Shown piece by piece: positions 12,928 to 23,913 of a stretch of 64,000 bases of DNA (positions are counted from its first letter, which is position 1; each line of letters starts with the position of its first letter). The notes beneath the pieces were generated by a model that saw only the letters and a program-made list of their open reading frames with translations, was not told the origin of the DNA and searched no databases. Origin of the DNA: Fistulifera solaris (taxonomy: Eukaryota); contig AP026143.1 of the NCBI GenBank assembly GCA_030295235.1, positions 496,001-560,000 of the forward strand. Reading direction: 5' to 3'. The position numbers and the translations under genes are program-made.

Positions 12928-13680
12928 ATGGTGTTTGTCGCTAAGTCGCCACGAAGTCATGCTTATCACGGTCAAAAACTCGGCTTTCTCGTTATTTTAT
13001 TGGTCGAGTTTGCTGTGAGAAAGTTTAACTCGGTCTTGAGCTTTACAAGTTCACCTCCCGCTTCTATCTTCGATTATAATTCGCGTCAATTGAAGAAACG
13101 AAAGTTGCATCCACTGTTCGCTTCACCGGACACGCCAGCTCTGTCGATTCACCATTCTGCACTAAAAACACGGAATATTACGACTGCTATTGAATTCTAT
13201 TCTTTATTCGGCTACCAGGTGGCGTGTCGCTTTCGCGCAGGTCCGGCTCGTGCTGCCTGGCTCGAATTTACTTCTACCAGCTTGACTCGTTTGGAATTAA
13301 TTGAAGTGCCGGCATACATTTTGCAAGAAGAGCCTGGCACTCGCGCGAGAGCGATGGATTTAATGCAGCGACCAGAATTCTTAGGCTACAACCATGTAGC
13401 CATCGATGCGACAGAGCAAATATTACATGCTAAATTTACGAGTTTGAACGAGTGGCTAGATCAACTGAACCGCACAAGTATTGATCGATTTCAACGATCA
13501 CTACGAATGGCTGTCGCACCTCGTCAACAAATTATAGGACGGGGTGTCTATGAACTGGCTTTTCTGTACGATGCGGATGGATGCTTGATTGAAGTACTAC
13601 ACAAACAGAGCGAACTCTCCCAAGAAATACAGTCAGGTTGGGATCCGTGGGACGGAAAAGGATTTGCGGGCAGACAATAA
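12928..13680 (+). CDS. VOC/glyoxalase superfamily protein
   Basis: IHHSALKT, FYSLFG, RLELIE, GYNHVAID and AFLYDADGCLIEV metal-site motifs. Confidence 0.85.
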   Translation: MVFVAKSPRSHAYHGQKLGFLVILLVEFAVRKFNSVLSFTSSPPASIFDYNSRQLKKRKLHPLFASPDTPALSIHHSALKTRNITTAIEFYSLFGYQVACRFRAGPARAAWLEFTSTSLTRLELIEVPAYILQEEPGTRARAMDLMQRPEFLGYNHVAIDATEQILHAKFTSLNEWLDQLNRTSIDRFQRSLRMAVAPRQQIIGRGVYELAFLYDADGCLIEVLHKQSELSQEIQSGWDPWDGKGFAGRQ

Positions 13681-13744
13681 CAGTGATTAAATAATTAAAT
13701 GCAAATTGTCGGTAAACCCATTCTTCTCTTTTTATTCGGTAATA

Positions 13745-14331
13745 TTAGTAACCAGGAGGCATACCACGTCCCATACCCGGGGAGGGTATCCTCCGGCCCC
13801 GGGCGGTGGTGGCGGCGGAAGATTTCCTCCACCGATGCCGTGCACGGGGCAGCACCCAATCCAGGAGGAGCCATGCCTGGCATCATACCTCTTCCAGCAC
13901 CCCGTGCCATGCCCGGTCCTCCCGGCGTCAATTTTCCGGTTATGGATGGCGGAGGAGGTCCTTCTACCGCCAAACTGGTAACGTTCTCCCCGCGTATCAA
14001 AACCAGACCCAAACTACGTTTCTCCGTTCGCTCTTCCAGCAACGCCGCGCTACCGCCTTGACTTTTCTTTAGCATACGAAATTCTTCGGCTTCACTGAGA
14101 ACTAAATTGAGGTGTTTGTCAAACGCCAAGAATGTTCCTATAATATATCGTCCGTCATGAAGAGTCACCCTGAGTCGGTGTTCGACGTATCGAAGCAACT
14201 TACTTCCCTTTCCCGTCGGCTGTCAGTAAGCAAAGAAGCAGGTGTTAGAGTCCAATTTTGACTGCTCAATAGACTTTCTTAGTATCGAGGATTGAAACAA
14301 AATAGCATCAAATCCGAATCTCACTTACCAT
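13745..14331 (-). CDS. SNRPB: Small nuclear ribonucleoprotein SmB; ATG-only first exon
   Basis: ATG (14331-14329), GT-AG intron 14328-14220, then PTGKGSKLLRYVEHRLRVTLHDGR..FLAFDKHLNLVL..LGLVLIRGENV and a G/P/M/R-rich tail with G/C-run frameshifts. Probable stop at 13745. Confidence 0.92.
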
Positions 14332-14520
14332 GGTCAAAGTTTGGAAACAGTATCATGCAAAATATATTATGCGGCAGCGCTGCGCAACGCGCAACAAAAA
14401 AAATCTGTCCGCCGCACGTTAATGATCTAGTCGTGTTCCCTCACGACTCACGACACGACGTTATCTCGGAGCGAGTCGTCGCTAATCAGGGAATTGTCCA
14501 AGATTATTAGTGCGTTATGA

Positions 14521-15099
14521 TCAAATGCAATGGAAATATCAATATATGTATTAACTATCATCTTCATTCGAAGCGCAACTATTTGCGTCGAAAAGCGTCC
14601 GTATCGTCGACAGCCATTTACACTATGATGATAGAGTGTAGGTTGTACGCGATCGCGACTAAATTCCAGTCACTTGAAACGCCACCGAAGCAATGAGCAA
14701 TGAGAGCACCAAAGCTCTCCACAAACAGCAGCGCGAAGTCTATATTCAAATACAATGGAAATATCAATATATGTATTAACTTTCATCTTCATTCGATACA
14801 CAACTATTTGCGTCGAAAAGCGTCCGTATCGTCGACTGCCATTTTCACTATCATGGTAAAGTGTAGGTTGTACGCGATCGCGACTAAATTCCAGTCACTT
14901 GAAACGCCACCGAAGCAATGAGCAATGAGAGCACCAAAGCTCTCCACAAACAGCAGCGCGAAGTCTATATTCAAATACAATGGAAATACCAATATATGTA
15001 TTAACTTTCATCTTCATTCGATACACAACTATTTGCGTCGAAAAGCGTCCGTACCGTCGACTGCCATTTTCACTATGGCTGTAAAGTGTTGGTTCTACG
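14521..15099. repeat. Tandem array of a 225-bp unit (~2.6 copies) in the SmB/MOSC divergent intergenic region
   Basis: tcaaat(g/a)caatggaaata at 14521, 14746 and 14971. Copies 2 and 3 are near-identical; copy 1 is more diverged. Confidence 0.95.
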
Positions 15100-15226
15100 C
15101 TACTGTATTAACAATCTGTCAGCGCGCGACGCGTGCGGATGAGACCCGCACATATCTGTCGTCGCAACTATAACTGCTGCAATATAAACCATCGAACATT
15201 TATAATAAATCCATCGTTCGCCATAC

Positions 15227-16459
15227 ATGACAGCTTACCTAATCAACATAGAGTGGGCGATGCACCGAGAGCAAATTCCCATCATTGTTTTCACAGTGTT
15301 AGTGGCGACGTTGGCCACAACGAATTTCACGAGACTGCGTCACATTCTTTCGACCATTGTGTCTCGCTTTCGATTGCATTTTATCGTCGTTACAAAGCCT
15401 CAGGAAAGCGATTCGAAGCGTCAAGTTTCGCAGCTACATACTTACCCAAGTACGTATCGTATAGTTCATTACGTCCCTACAACCTACGACGTGTCACTGA
15501 TTGACAGAACGTTCCTCTCATATATATTGCCACAGTCAAATCACTGCGAGCCATAGATCAACCAACCGTACAGATTGAGAAACGCGGTTTGGTGGGAGAT
15601 CGAGGATACATGTTGGTAGTTCCAGCACCATTGCCGGCTTGGGGATCGTTTGGACCCAAGGATCCGACACATCGCTTTCTGACGCAACGACAATGTCCCA
15701 GTCTCGCGACCGTAGTGGTTGTTGCAGAGAACGATCAATTCACTTTGACGAGTCATTTACTGCCGAATGTACAAGCTACCTTTTCGACCCAACCGATTTC
15801 CGAAAGCCCCAAGTATCGCGCCACTCTTTGGGGGGGATTGTGTGCAAGTTGAGGACATGGGTGACACGGCTGCCCAATTTCTGCAATCCATTGTCGACCA
15901 AGATTCCGAAATGCCCGATGATCTCAAACTTTTAAAAGTACGATTGGTGGTTCAATGTCCCGAAGACGTCCGCGTCGCCAATGAGCAATATGTTCCCGCT
16001 GCCACACGAGGTTGGTTCGGCCAGGCACCTGTCGTTGCGCTGAGTGATGGATTTCCCATTCTCATTGCCAATGACAAATCATTGGAAGAACTCAACCGGA
16101 GATTGCAAGCCAAAGGCAAAGCGTTACTTTCCATGAGAAACTTTCGACCCAATATTGTCGTGGCAGGATTGGAGCCATTCGAAGAAGATCGATGGAAAGT
16201 GATCCGGATTGGGAATGCTATTTTGCACGTCGTCAAAGGATGCCCCCGATGCAAACAATCGTGCACCGATCAAACTTCGGGAAAAGTCAGTGCAGAACCA
16301 TTGGAGACCATGGCTGAGTTTCGTGCACTCGAGGCCGATTCGAAAAATGTTTATTTTGCACAAAATGTCGTCCCGTCTCCTTCCTCCGTGGGTTCGTTGA
16401 TTTCAGTCGGTGATTCGGTGGAAGTATTGGAATGGGGAGAACCGGTGTGGGGAGACTAG
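15227..16459 (+). CDS. MOSC-domain protein (mARC-like); one intron and one frameshift
   Basis: Splicing 15450-15535 gives HTYP-IKSLRA, then GLVGDRGYMLV, FLTQRQCPSLA, LSDGFPILI, NFRPNIVV and CPRCKQSCTDQ. Frameshift in the G-run ~15830-15836. Start codon uncertain. Confidence 0.88.
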
Positions 16460-16794
16460 TCATATTGATAGTATAAATGTTTCGCAAAGTGTTCGTGTGA
16501 TTTAAGGATCTAAATTGTACGACATAGCTTTATAATCAAGACATCTTGGAATAAATGAATCATCACGAAGCTGCACAAAAATCGAAGCCAATGGATAGGC
16601 TGCCCGTCGGAAACAACTGTGACTCGTTGCTGAAAAGGTGGGAGCTACCTCGCCATAGATCAACATTTTGTCGTGTTGGTGATTGTTTCGTTTAGGGGAA
16701 GGAAAGAATGCCCAGATATGCATCGGGAAGGGACTTTCGCAGCAAGCTATGATTGCTCCAGCAGCGTTTTGAACATGTTCGTGTATCCAAAAAA

Positions 16795-17670
16795 CTAAAG
16801 GTCTGCGTCATTTGAGTCAACATTGTTTGTTCCATCCGTGACGTTCCGAGTCCGCAACCGCCGCAGAATATCACCTTTCTTCTGCGCCAATTCTGTGTCA
16901 GTGTTGCTGGTCATTATTTGCTCCAATGCTTTTGTTCCCAGCTCCTTCTCAATCATTTCCAGTAGCTCGACATTCCGTTTCCACACCAATCCAGCATCGC
17001 CCCCAATTTTGTCGACGGCCCGTGTAACTTCTTCTTCTCGCAATATATGAAAAATGGGATACGGACTGCGATTCGTCCAATTGTCGGAATCTTCCTCCTG
17101 AGATCCTTCAAATTGAAAGAAGGGGTGGAACGGTGCGACTTGAACTTGTCCTTCCAAAAATGGTTCGCTTTCAATGATTTGTTGTACAAGATCCAGTACG
17201 TCAAGATACGCGTTGAAATCGTCGGGGTGCAATTCGGGGCACACCATGAGGGCGGTTCCGGGTGCACTGACTCGATAATAGAGCTCCTTCCAAATCTGTT
17301 CGACAATCCATTCAACGTTTGTTCCTCGAAGAATATGGATATGAATTTGTTTCTTTCTCATGGGCTTATCAGCGAACGGACACAAATTCATATTAATCAC
17401 TACATCGTTCAGCCAGTGGATTGTTTTCTCTCGTACTATGGCGTCGTCTTCTCCTGTATCATTCTCTGGATTTGCCTTTCTCGAAAGCGAGTGTACGCTT
17501 CTTTGATGATTCCTTTGCAATGTACGTCGTCTCAGAGGGTTTGTATCGATCCGCCAGCTTGCCGGTCGATGTCTCGCAGTGCTTCGAATGACAAACGATG
17601 ATGATTCTTCGACCAAAGTCATAGCCGCCATCGCCCAAAGTAATTGAGGGTTCCGAAACAGTCCTTTCAT
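16795..17670 (-). CDS. DUF1415-family protein with an N-terminal targeting sequence
   Basis: WLNDVVINMNLCPFA, QVAPFHPFFQFEG and NWTNRSPYPIFHILRE are characteristic. Confidence 0.85.
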   Translation of the reverse strand: MKGLFRNPQLLWAMAAMTLVEESSSFVIRSTARHRPASWRIDTNPLRRRTLQRNHQRSVHSLSRKANPENDTGEDDAIVREKTIHWLNDVVINMNLCPFADKPMRKKQIHIHILRGTNVEWIVEQIWKELYYRVSAPGTALMVCPELHPDDFNAYLDVLDLVQQIIESEPFLEGQVQVAPFHPFFQFEGSQEEDSDNWTNRSPYPIFHILREEEVTRAVDKIGGDAGLVWKRNVELLEMIEKELGTKALEQIMTSNTDTELAQKKGDILRRLRTRNVTDGTNNVDSNDADL

Positions 17671-18838
17671 GCCTGTCTTACAGAGTACAACACAAAGAGA
17701 ACTGCTTGCCGGTAAACTTTGTTTTCATTCGAATAATGCTCAGGGTAAAACGAGCAACGTCCGCCGCATCCGAATTTTTCTCGTCACGTAAAAACATGCA
17801 CCACATCGCCAGATTTTCTGGGTAGGTGAAAACATTCGAGGCACATGAAAAATCCGATTGCCAGATTTTCTGGGATTGTGAAAACACCACACCCGCCTTT
17901 TTCAGTAGTTCAGAATTTCCGTCTGCCCACGACTGCACTTCAGTCATGATAAATAGCTTCTCGCGAGCGACAATGCTGCCTACGTTCGTTTGTTCAGTAA
18001 AGTATCTGAGCTCTATTTGTTTTAATGGCGAAGAAGCAGTCGTTGAGAATGCTTGCTTTACACGTCTATATTTTACGTGGAAGTATAAACTTGCGAAACG
18101 CTGTATTCTGTATTTACTATGGACCCTAGTGTTTTCCGTATTTCGCCACGACTGCACTCCAGTCATGAATTAATAATGTTTTTCGAGGCTTGTTTCGAGT
18201 GACATTTTTTTGATCTTCATTATTTGTTGTTATAGTACCTGGTACGACACCCTCTCAAATAACAAATAACGAAGGCCATTTTTGCCAATATCGATATTTA
18301 TCGATATTCGTACGTCTGACAGACGGATTTGAGGCTTTTCACATACTCCGTAGTAAATAATGGGTTTACCATTATTTACTCATGCTTTTCACGTCAGAAG
18401 TCAGAATGGCTGTAATTTACGGCCAAAAACAGACGGTTGCGAGTATTACTAACGGTTATTATATCGTATTATACGATATTGATATTCGTAAAAATCCAAA
18501 TATCGATATTTGTCGAACTATATTATTCGTTGTTGTTGCATGTTGCATTGAATTAGGCTTTATTAGCAGCGTTGTTTGCATCACACGTCATAATTTTTTA
18601 CGTCGAAGAACCTTGCGAAACGTTGTGTTCCGTATCATTAACCTTACTATGGAATTTCAAATTTCGAGTCTGTCCGTCACCAGCAGGCAATACACACACC
18701 ACCGAAATCCTCGCGTCCCCCGACACGCGCACACGGGTGCACACACCATGAAGATCTTTCGTCACATCGCTTCGGAAAGTCGAGACAACGCTCCCAAGCA
18801 GCTACTGTGTCATATTCAACTTTAAAAAGCATTCAAAC

Positions 18839-19300
18839 ATGGCAGCAGACGGAGATGAAGAAGAAGCCAAGACGGTCGGCAAGACGTATGAAGAACGCTT
18901 AGAAGCCGTCAACGTAATCAGTCAGCCGCTCGCGTCGAAGAAGAGCACCAAGAAAGCACACAAGCTCGTCAAGAAAGCCGCAGCTAGCAAACATGTACGA
19001 CGTGGCGTCAAAGAGGTTGTGAAAGGTTTACGAAAAGGCGAAACTGGACTAGCCATTCTGGCGGGTGATATTTATCCCGTCGACGTCATCTCGCATCTTC
19101 CTGTTCTGCTCGAAGAAAAGAATATTCCGTACATTTTTGTTCCTTCCAAGCACGACCTCGGTGCTGCGGCGTCGACCAAGAGACCCACGAGTTGTGTTCT
19201 CATTCGTACACCCAAGAAATCGTTCGATGGACAAGATTTGTTCGATGCGCTCGCGAAAGAAGCCAAAGAATTCGATCCGACCACTATCGTTCGTCGATAG
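18839..19300 (+). CDS. NHP2: H/ACA snoRNP subunit NHP2 (L7Ae family)
   Basis: ISQPLASKK, RRGVKEVVKGLRKGE, LAGDIYPVDVISHLPVLLEE and LGAAASTKRPTS. Confidence 0.92.
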   Translation: MAADGDEEEAKTVGKTYEERLEAVNVISQPLASKKSTKKAHKLVKKAAASKHVRRGVKEVVKGLRKGETGLAILAGDIYPVDVISHLPVLLEEKNIPYIFVPSKHDLGAAASTKRPTSCVLIRTPKKSFDGQDLFDALAKEAKEFDPTTIVRR

Positions 19301-19390
19301 AACAGATTATGCGACAATAGCTCCATTAACGAATGAAACTGTAGTTCAATAAACATAATTAGCAAAAATACACAGCTACTCATTTGTTCA

Positions 19391-20025
19391 TCACGAGGAT
19401 GGGTCTCCCGCTGTCGCACTAGTGTGATCACCAGCGATTTCTCCCAAGACTTGTCGCAACTGTTTTCTCATGGCATTTGGAACTGCCTTGGCACATGCCG
19501 GTGACACCTGGCCGCCCATTTCCTGATAAATTTCTCGTCCTAAAATGTTGTAGGTTGCCATCATTTCATCATTACGAAAGCCACTAAAAGAAGAACTGGA
19601 ACTCCTCGTGCGATCGTCCCTGTTGCGGACGGAGTACTCGTTGCTGCCGTATCCATCATGTAGTTTAAACTTTTCTCCAGTGACATGTCTAGAATGACAT
19701 CGTCGTGCTCGGTCAGTCGATAAATACGGCATTTCTTATTGTGTGCTTGCGGTGCTCCATCGGAGATCATGTCATTGACTTCGTCGTCGTCAATGGTGGG
19801 TGGTACCTGGTAAAGGACCAAAAGAGGCCCCGGACCGTATTCCGTTTCACTGGAATCCAGACGAATGAAATCAGCTTCTCGTTGGGTCCAGAAATCGGAG
19901 AGAGAATCCAGAATGCCCATGGACAAGGATGACATGATTATTTTACGGGGATGACCAACGGGGGTAGAAAATGCCCGGCAAAGCGATGGGGCCAATAAAA
20001 GAGATAGAATGAGACATAAGTTCAT
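19391..20025 (-). CDS. Putative plastid-targeted DUF3783-like protein; one frameshift
   Basis: Signal peptide ending CRA-FS. C-terminal VLLFSGFRNDEMM...AKAVPNAMRKQLRQVLGEIAGDH after adding one base to the run near 19587. Confidence 0.65.
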
Positions 20026-20307
20026 TTCCTTTGCTTCGAGTAATATATATTGTTGTTGATTCAATGGAGTTCGGCGTGTGGAGGTGTGTCAATAAATGCA
20101 TCATCATGGCAAAAACCCTCGCCTCATTTTTTTCCGCGACGCGCGAAGTAATACGCGCGGTTTTTATTGGAGGGAGTTTATCATTTGTAGCGCGACGCGG
20201 TTAATACCTGGTAATTATTTTGCTATCGCATTCGTCATCGCATTTATTACTAGAGAATCTGTTCTCGATTCGCATGAAAAGTGAAATATGTCGGCTACCG
20301 AGCACAA

Positions 20308-21105
20308 ATGAGTTCATCTTGCGTTCAGGAACGATTCTCGGCCGATGGATATTTATGGGAGAAACAAGTTGTGCCCGATCGCGTCATTGAATCATGGAAG
20401 GACTTTACGACCGTCGTGGTCAAGCAACTATTTGCTGAATTGCACAAGAGGCGTGACGTCTTGGAAAGCGACACAACAGATACCATGAAAATTGGAATCA
20501 AACATGGATTTCGCGAGATTGTGATGCGAAGTCCGGGAAGATACGAAATTGCTCTCATAGAGTCGTCGAAATGTTTGCAAATCAACACCATGCCTTCCCT
20601 ACAGGAACTTCAGCAATGTCTTCCTTTTGTTCCTTCTCTCTTAAATGCGAAATCCTGGGAAGATGTACAAATTTGTCACGTCTCCTTAGTTTTGGCCATG
20701 TCCGGATCGAAGGAACAGAGTTGGCATGCCGACGGCGGCCATGTCGACTTACAGCATCATCAGCCCTGTCACTGCCTGAACATTTTTATTCCTTTACTCG
20801 ATTTGACATCCGATCTAGGTCCTACCGAATTGCGACCAGGTACGCATTATCACACACGGAACTTGGTGCCAATGATGCTGGCCGCCAAGGCGCGGAAAAC
20901 GTTGCAAGCACCGGTAGCGCCCTTGTTGCAACGCGGTGATGTGCTCGTGTTTGATTATCGCCTATTGCATCGCGGTCTCGCAAACACTTCACAACAGAAT
21001 CGACCCATTTTAGTTTTGACGGTGGCGCAAGCTTGGTTCAAAGATGTACTCAACTTTCCAGCGCGAAGCTTGAAGGATCAAAGTAGAGATGATGCATCAG
21101 AGTAA
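20308..21105 (+). CDS. Phytanoyl-CoA dioxygenase (PhyH)-family 2OG-Fe(II) oxygenase
   Basis: QSWHADG (HxD), FIPLLDL, GPTELRPGTH and GDVLVFDYRLLHRGLAN..RP. Confidence 0.88.
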   Translation: MSSSCVQERFSADGYLWEKQVVPDRVIESWKDFTTVVVKQLFAELHKRRDVLESDTTDTMKIGIKHGFREIVMRSPGRYEIALIESSKCLQINTMPSLQELQQCLPFVPSLLNAKSWEDVQICHVSLVLAMSGSKEQSWHADGGHVDLQHHQPCHCLNIFIPLLDLTSDLGPTELRPGTHYHTRNLVPMMLAAKARKTLQAPVAPLLQRGDVLVFDYRLLHRGLANTSQQNRPILVLTVAQAWFKDVLNFPARSLKDQSRDDASE

Positions 21106-21663
21106 TCGCTTTTTTATTCGCGATGAACGAAATCATGAAAGAACTAGTAGACACGTAGTGTCGACCTCGACAACTTAGACGCTACCAAGCATCCCAAAGG
21201 AGAGCAACAAATTTCCAATGTTTCTAATCATGATAGCACTTAGGTCCGATTTTATACTTCAAAGTACATTGCTAGTGGAATTATCGAAGGCCTCCCTTTG
21301 TATACTTCCTAGTTGCTTGGTGGAACGCATAAAGTCGCTTGTTCGATGCAATGGTTCCCGCCAACAGAGACGAAACGTGTTTGACTGACTTGGAGTTTTT
21401 GAAGCTTGTCCGAGAGCGATTGACCTTTGCAGCTGAAAAGAAGTTACTACTCTTCTTTCTATAGTACCCTTGTTCGTCACCATCTGTCGGCACTTCTTCG
21501 GAGTTCGTTGATGGGATTTGGAGAAAAAAGTGATGGCATCCAAATAAAATTCTATCACACCAACAAACCTCTCTTGGTGGACAAAACGAGTTTGTTTCTG
21601 CAACTATTGCTACAGAAAATAGACTTCCTTCTTAATCTTCAGGCACTGCTCTTGCGTTTGAAC

Positions 21664-22221
21664 ATGAAGATTGTCATCGGAACTCTTCTTGCCTTGGTGG
21701 GTTGCTCGGCTTTTCAGCAACCATTGCCTTCTCAGCGCCGTTCTACAAGACTCTTTCTCGAAGGTACGCCGCATTACTCACTGTCGCTGGATATGAGCAT
21801 GTTAGAGAGTGCAATCTAACATTGTGTCCTTCACTAGACTGGGTCGCCGACTTGATCGATAAGGAGTTGTACCGTGAGAAACATCGAAAGGAATTCGAGA
21901 ACGAATGGATGGAAAAGAACCGTGCGGCTATTTTTAGTCAGCTCAACGATGATACAAGTTTTCTTCAAGATGATTTCAAGGAGAACTTCCGGGAATTTCA
22001 GAAAGACAAGCGATTGGCGGAAAGGTCTCCCGAAAACTATTGTGCGGATCGTTGTTTAGCAACGGGAAATTGTGATGTTTACGAAGACATGTTTTCAAAT
22101 GACGCCCTCGCAAGTCATCGAATTCTGCACGAATTGCGTCTTGGCAACGGACGATGAAGATCCCGTAGAATGTGATATTCCAGAGGCTTTCTTTGATTCC
22201 GCTCAGAAGTTGTCGCCGTGA
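21664..22221 (+). CDS. Small plastid-targeted Cys-rich hypothetical protein; one intron and one frameshift
   Basis: MKIVIGTLLALVGCSA-F presequence, intron 21764-21837, YCADRCLATGNCDVYED, then (after a T-run shift ~22092) QVIEFCTNCVL..VECDIPEAFFD, stop at 22221. Confidence 0.7.
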
Positions 22222-22401
22222 TTGCAATAGGTGAGGTGGTCTCGCGATCATATTGCGATAAGCATACACGTTGTCGTCGAAGTTGCACGCGCTCTACCTT
22301 CTTACATAGTTTGCCACGTAAATATTCAAATCCTTAGGATGTTTTTACTAAAGTTGGTGTTGCTTATTGAAGGCACACATTTCGCCGAACGGCGCTGGTT
22401 G

Positions 22402-23913
22402 CTAGACCAGTCTCCTACGCTTAGGTTCATTATTTTCCGTCGATTGTGACGAATTAATGCTTTCATGGTCCTCCTCTAAAAGTACTTTTTGAACGAAATC
22501 ATGTACTACATCGGAATGGTTCGTTAACAGAAGAGCGATGCGCTGAAAATCGTTCCAGGCGCTGTTCATCAAAGCGTTGACAAGCAGAATCGGTCGCCCC
22601 GGCACCTTCGCCAGCTTTGCCGATCCTCGATAGAATCGGTTAAGAGCATAAAGCTTATCAACCGATGAGTAGTTTGTATGAATACGCCCCTTTCCATCTG
22701 TGACTGTTACGTTTCTCTTGTGAGACAGAAACTGCTGCAAATGGGAGAAATCGGGACCGAAAGCGCCCTTCGATCCATTCAGTCTCAACGTTTGGAGTTC
22801 CTTGTGGTCTTTGCGTTGGTGGAGTAAAGTCTTTACATGAGGATCCCAATCCAAATCTTCGTCCTCATCACACAAATCTAAAAGCCTTAAACTGTGATTG
22901 GCATGCGCGGCGCGAATTATTCCTCGTACGAAACAATGTGGGATATCAAAATCAACTCGTCCGTGTATTGCGACTTTTAACTCCACAAAATGACCCAAGG
23001 TAGCCACGCGCTGGAAGAAACCACCGAGAAGTTCAGTTGGGAAGTTCTCGTCGAAATCGTGATAAATGCTAAGTGAAAGTTTCTTAGTCACAATCTCTAG
23101 ACATTGAAGATCAGCTTCAAGCAGTGACGACGTATCTATTTCGTAATCCAAATATTCCACCCTAGCAGAGAACGGAAGCAGGGCAAGCTCGTCCTGCAAG
23201 CAAGATAGATTCAGCTCTTTTATGGTGTCGACTTGTAGAAGGCGTCTCATAATATCATCCGCAAATGGTTTGTCATCATGATACGGTAACCTGTAGGCAA
23301 GGGAACCAAACGATGTTTTGCGGCTTGCGAGTGCATCGACAAACGCTGTGCCCTGATCTTCAAAGTTGCAAAACTGCACAGTTACTTGCATGGGGTGAGG
23401 CCTTGTCGCTAGAAAGATAGACTGTTCGGCACTCAACGTCAAGTATCGCAAGGTCAAATTCCGCGAAGAAGTCGTTGCGTATAGGTAATTCAAACCTTGA
23501 GATCCAACTAGTCGGAAATCGAAAGATGAGCGTGATGCGATAACCAGATCCAAGTCCGCTTCTCTCTGCCCCGCCAGGCTCAAGAAAAAGGCAGCTGTCT
23601 CTGCTATTGCTTTCTCGGTTCTACCGACGATGTACAGTTTTGGACCATAGGGAGTAAATTCCAAGGACAGGTCTATAATGCCAAAGCTGGGAAAGCCGGT
23701 GACACCGTATGGTGTTACATACGTCAACGTGGAATTATCACGCCAAATAGCCAGGCAGTCGTCTTCCGCATTTAACTCTCCCAGATTCAATGGTGCTCGG
23801 AGCAATTGGTACGTTGGCGATTCTCCCCCGCACCGCCATCGTGCAAATTGCTCGTAGTTGCAATACGGAATCACTTCCAAAAGGGGGCCAAGTTCCGAGG
23901 TTTCGTGAGACAT
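22402..23913 (-). CDS. Lineage-expanded LRR/RNI-like family protein (paralog of 6112-8082)
   Basis: Intact intronless 503-aa ORF with Leu-rich periodicity and collinear blocks shared with the 6112 gene. Confidence 0.8.
   Translation of the reverse strand: MSHETSELGPLLEVIPYCNYEQFARWRCGGESPTYQLLRAPLNLGELNAEDDCLAIWRDNSTLTYVTPYGVTGFPSFGIIDLSLEFTPYGPKLYIVGRTEKAIAETAAFFLSLAGQREADLDLVIASRSSFDFRLVGSQGLNYLYATTSSRNLTLRYLTLSAEQSIFLATRPHPMQVTVQFCNFEDQGTAFVDALASRKTSFGSLAYRLPYHDDKPFADDIMRRLLQVDTIKELNLSCLQDELALLPFSARVEYLDYEIDTSSLLEADLQCLEIVTKKLSLSIYHDFDENFPTELLGGFFQRVATLGHFVELKVAIHGRVDFDIPHCFVRGIIRAAHANHSLRLLDLCDEDEDLDWDPHVKTLLHQRKDHKELQTLRLNGSKGAFGPDFSHLQQFLSHKRNVTVTDGKGRIHTNYSSVDKLYALNRFYRGSAKLAKVPGRPILLVNALMNSAWNDFQRIALLLTNHSDVVHDFVQKVLLEEDHESINSSQSTENNEPKRRRLV

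Noticed and set aside
14700..15173. Duplicated short ORFs MRAPKLSTNSS...
   Set aside because: By-products of the 225-bp repeat with no coding signature and different ends.
17678..18825. ORFs of 115-162 aa in the DUF1415/NHP2 intergenic region
   Set aside because: They overlap repeated motifs and AT-rich palindromes and show no protein-like features.
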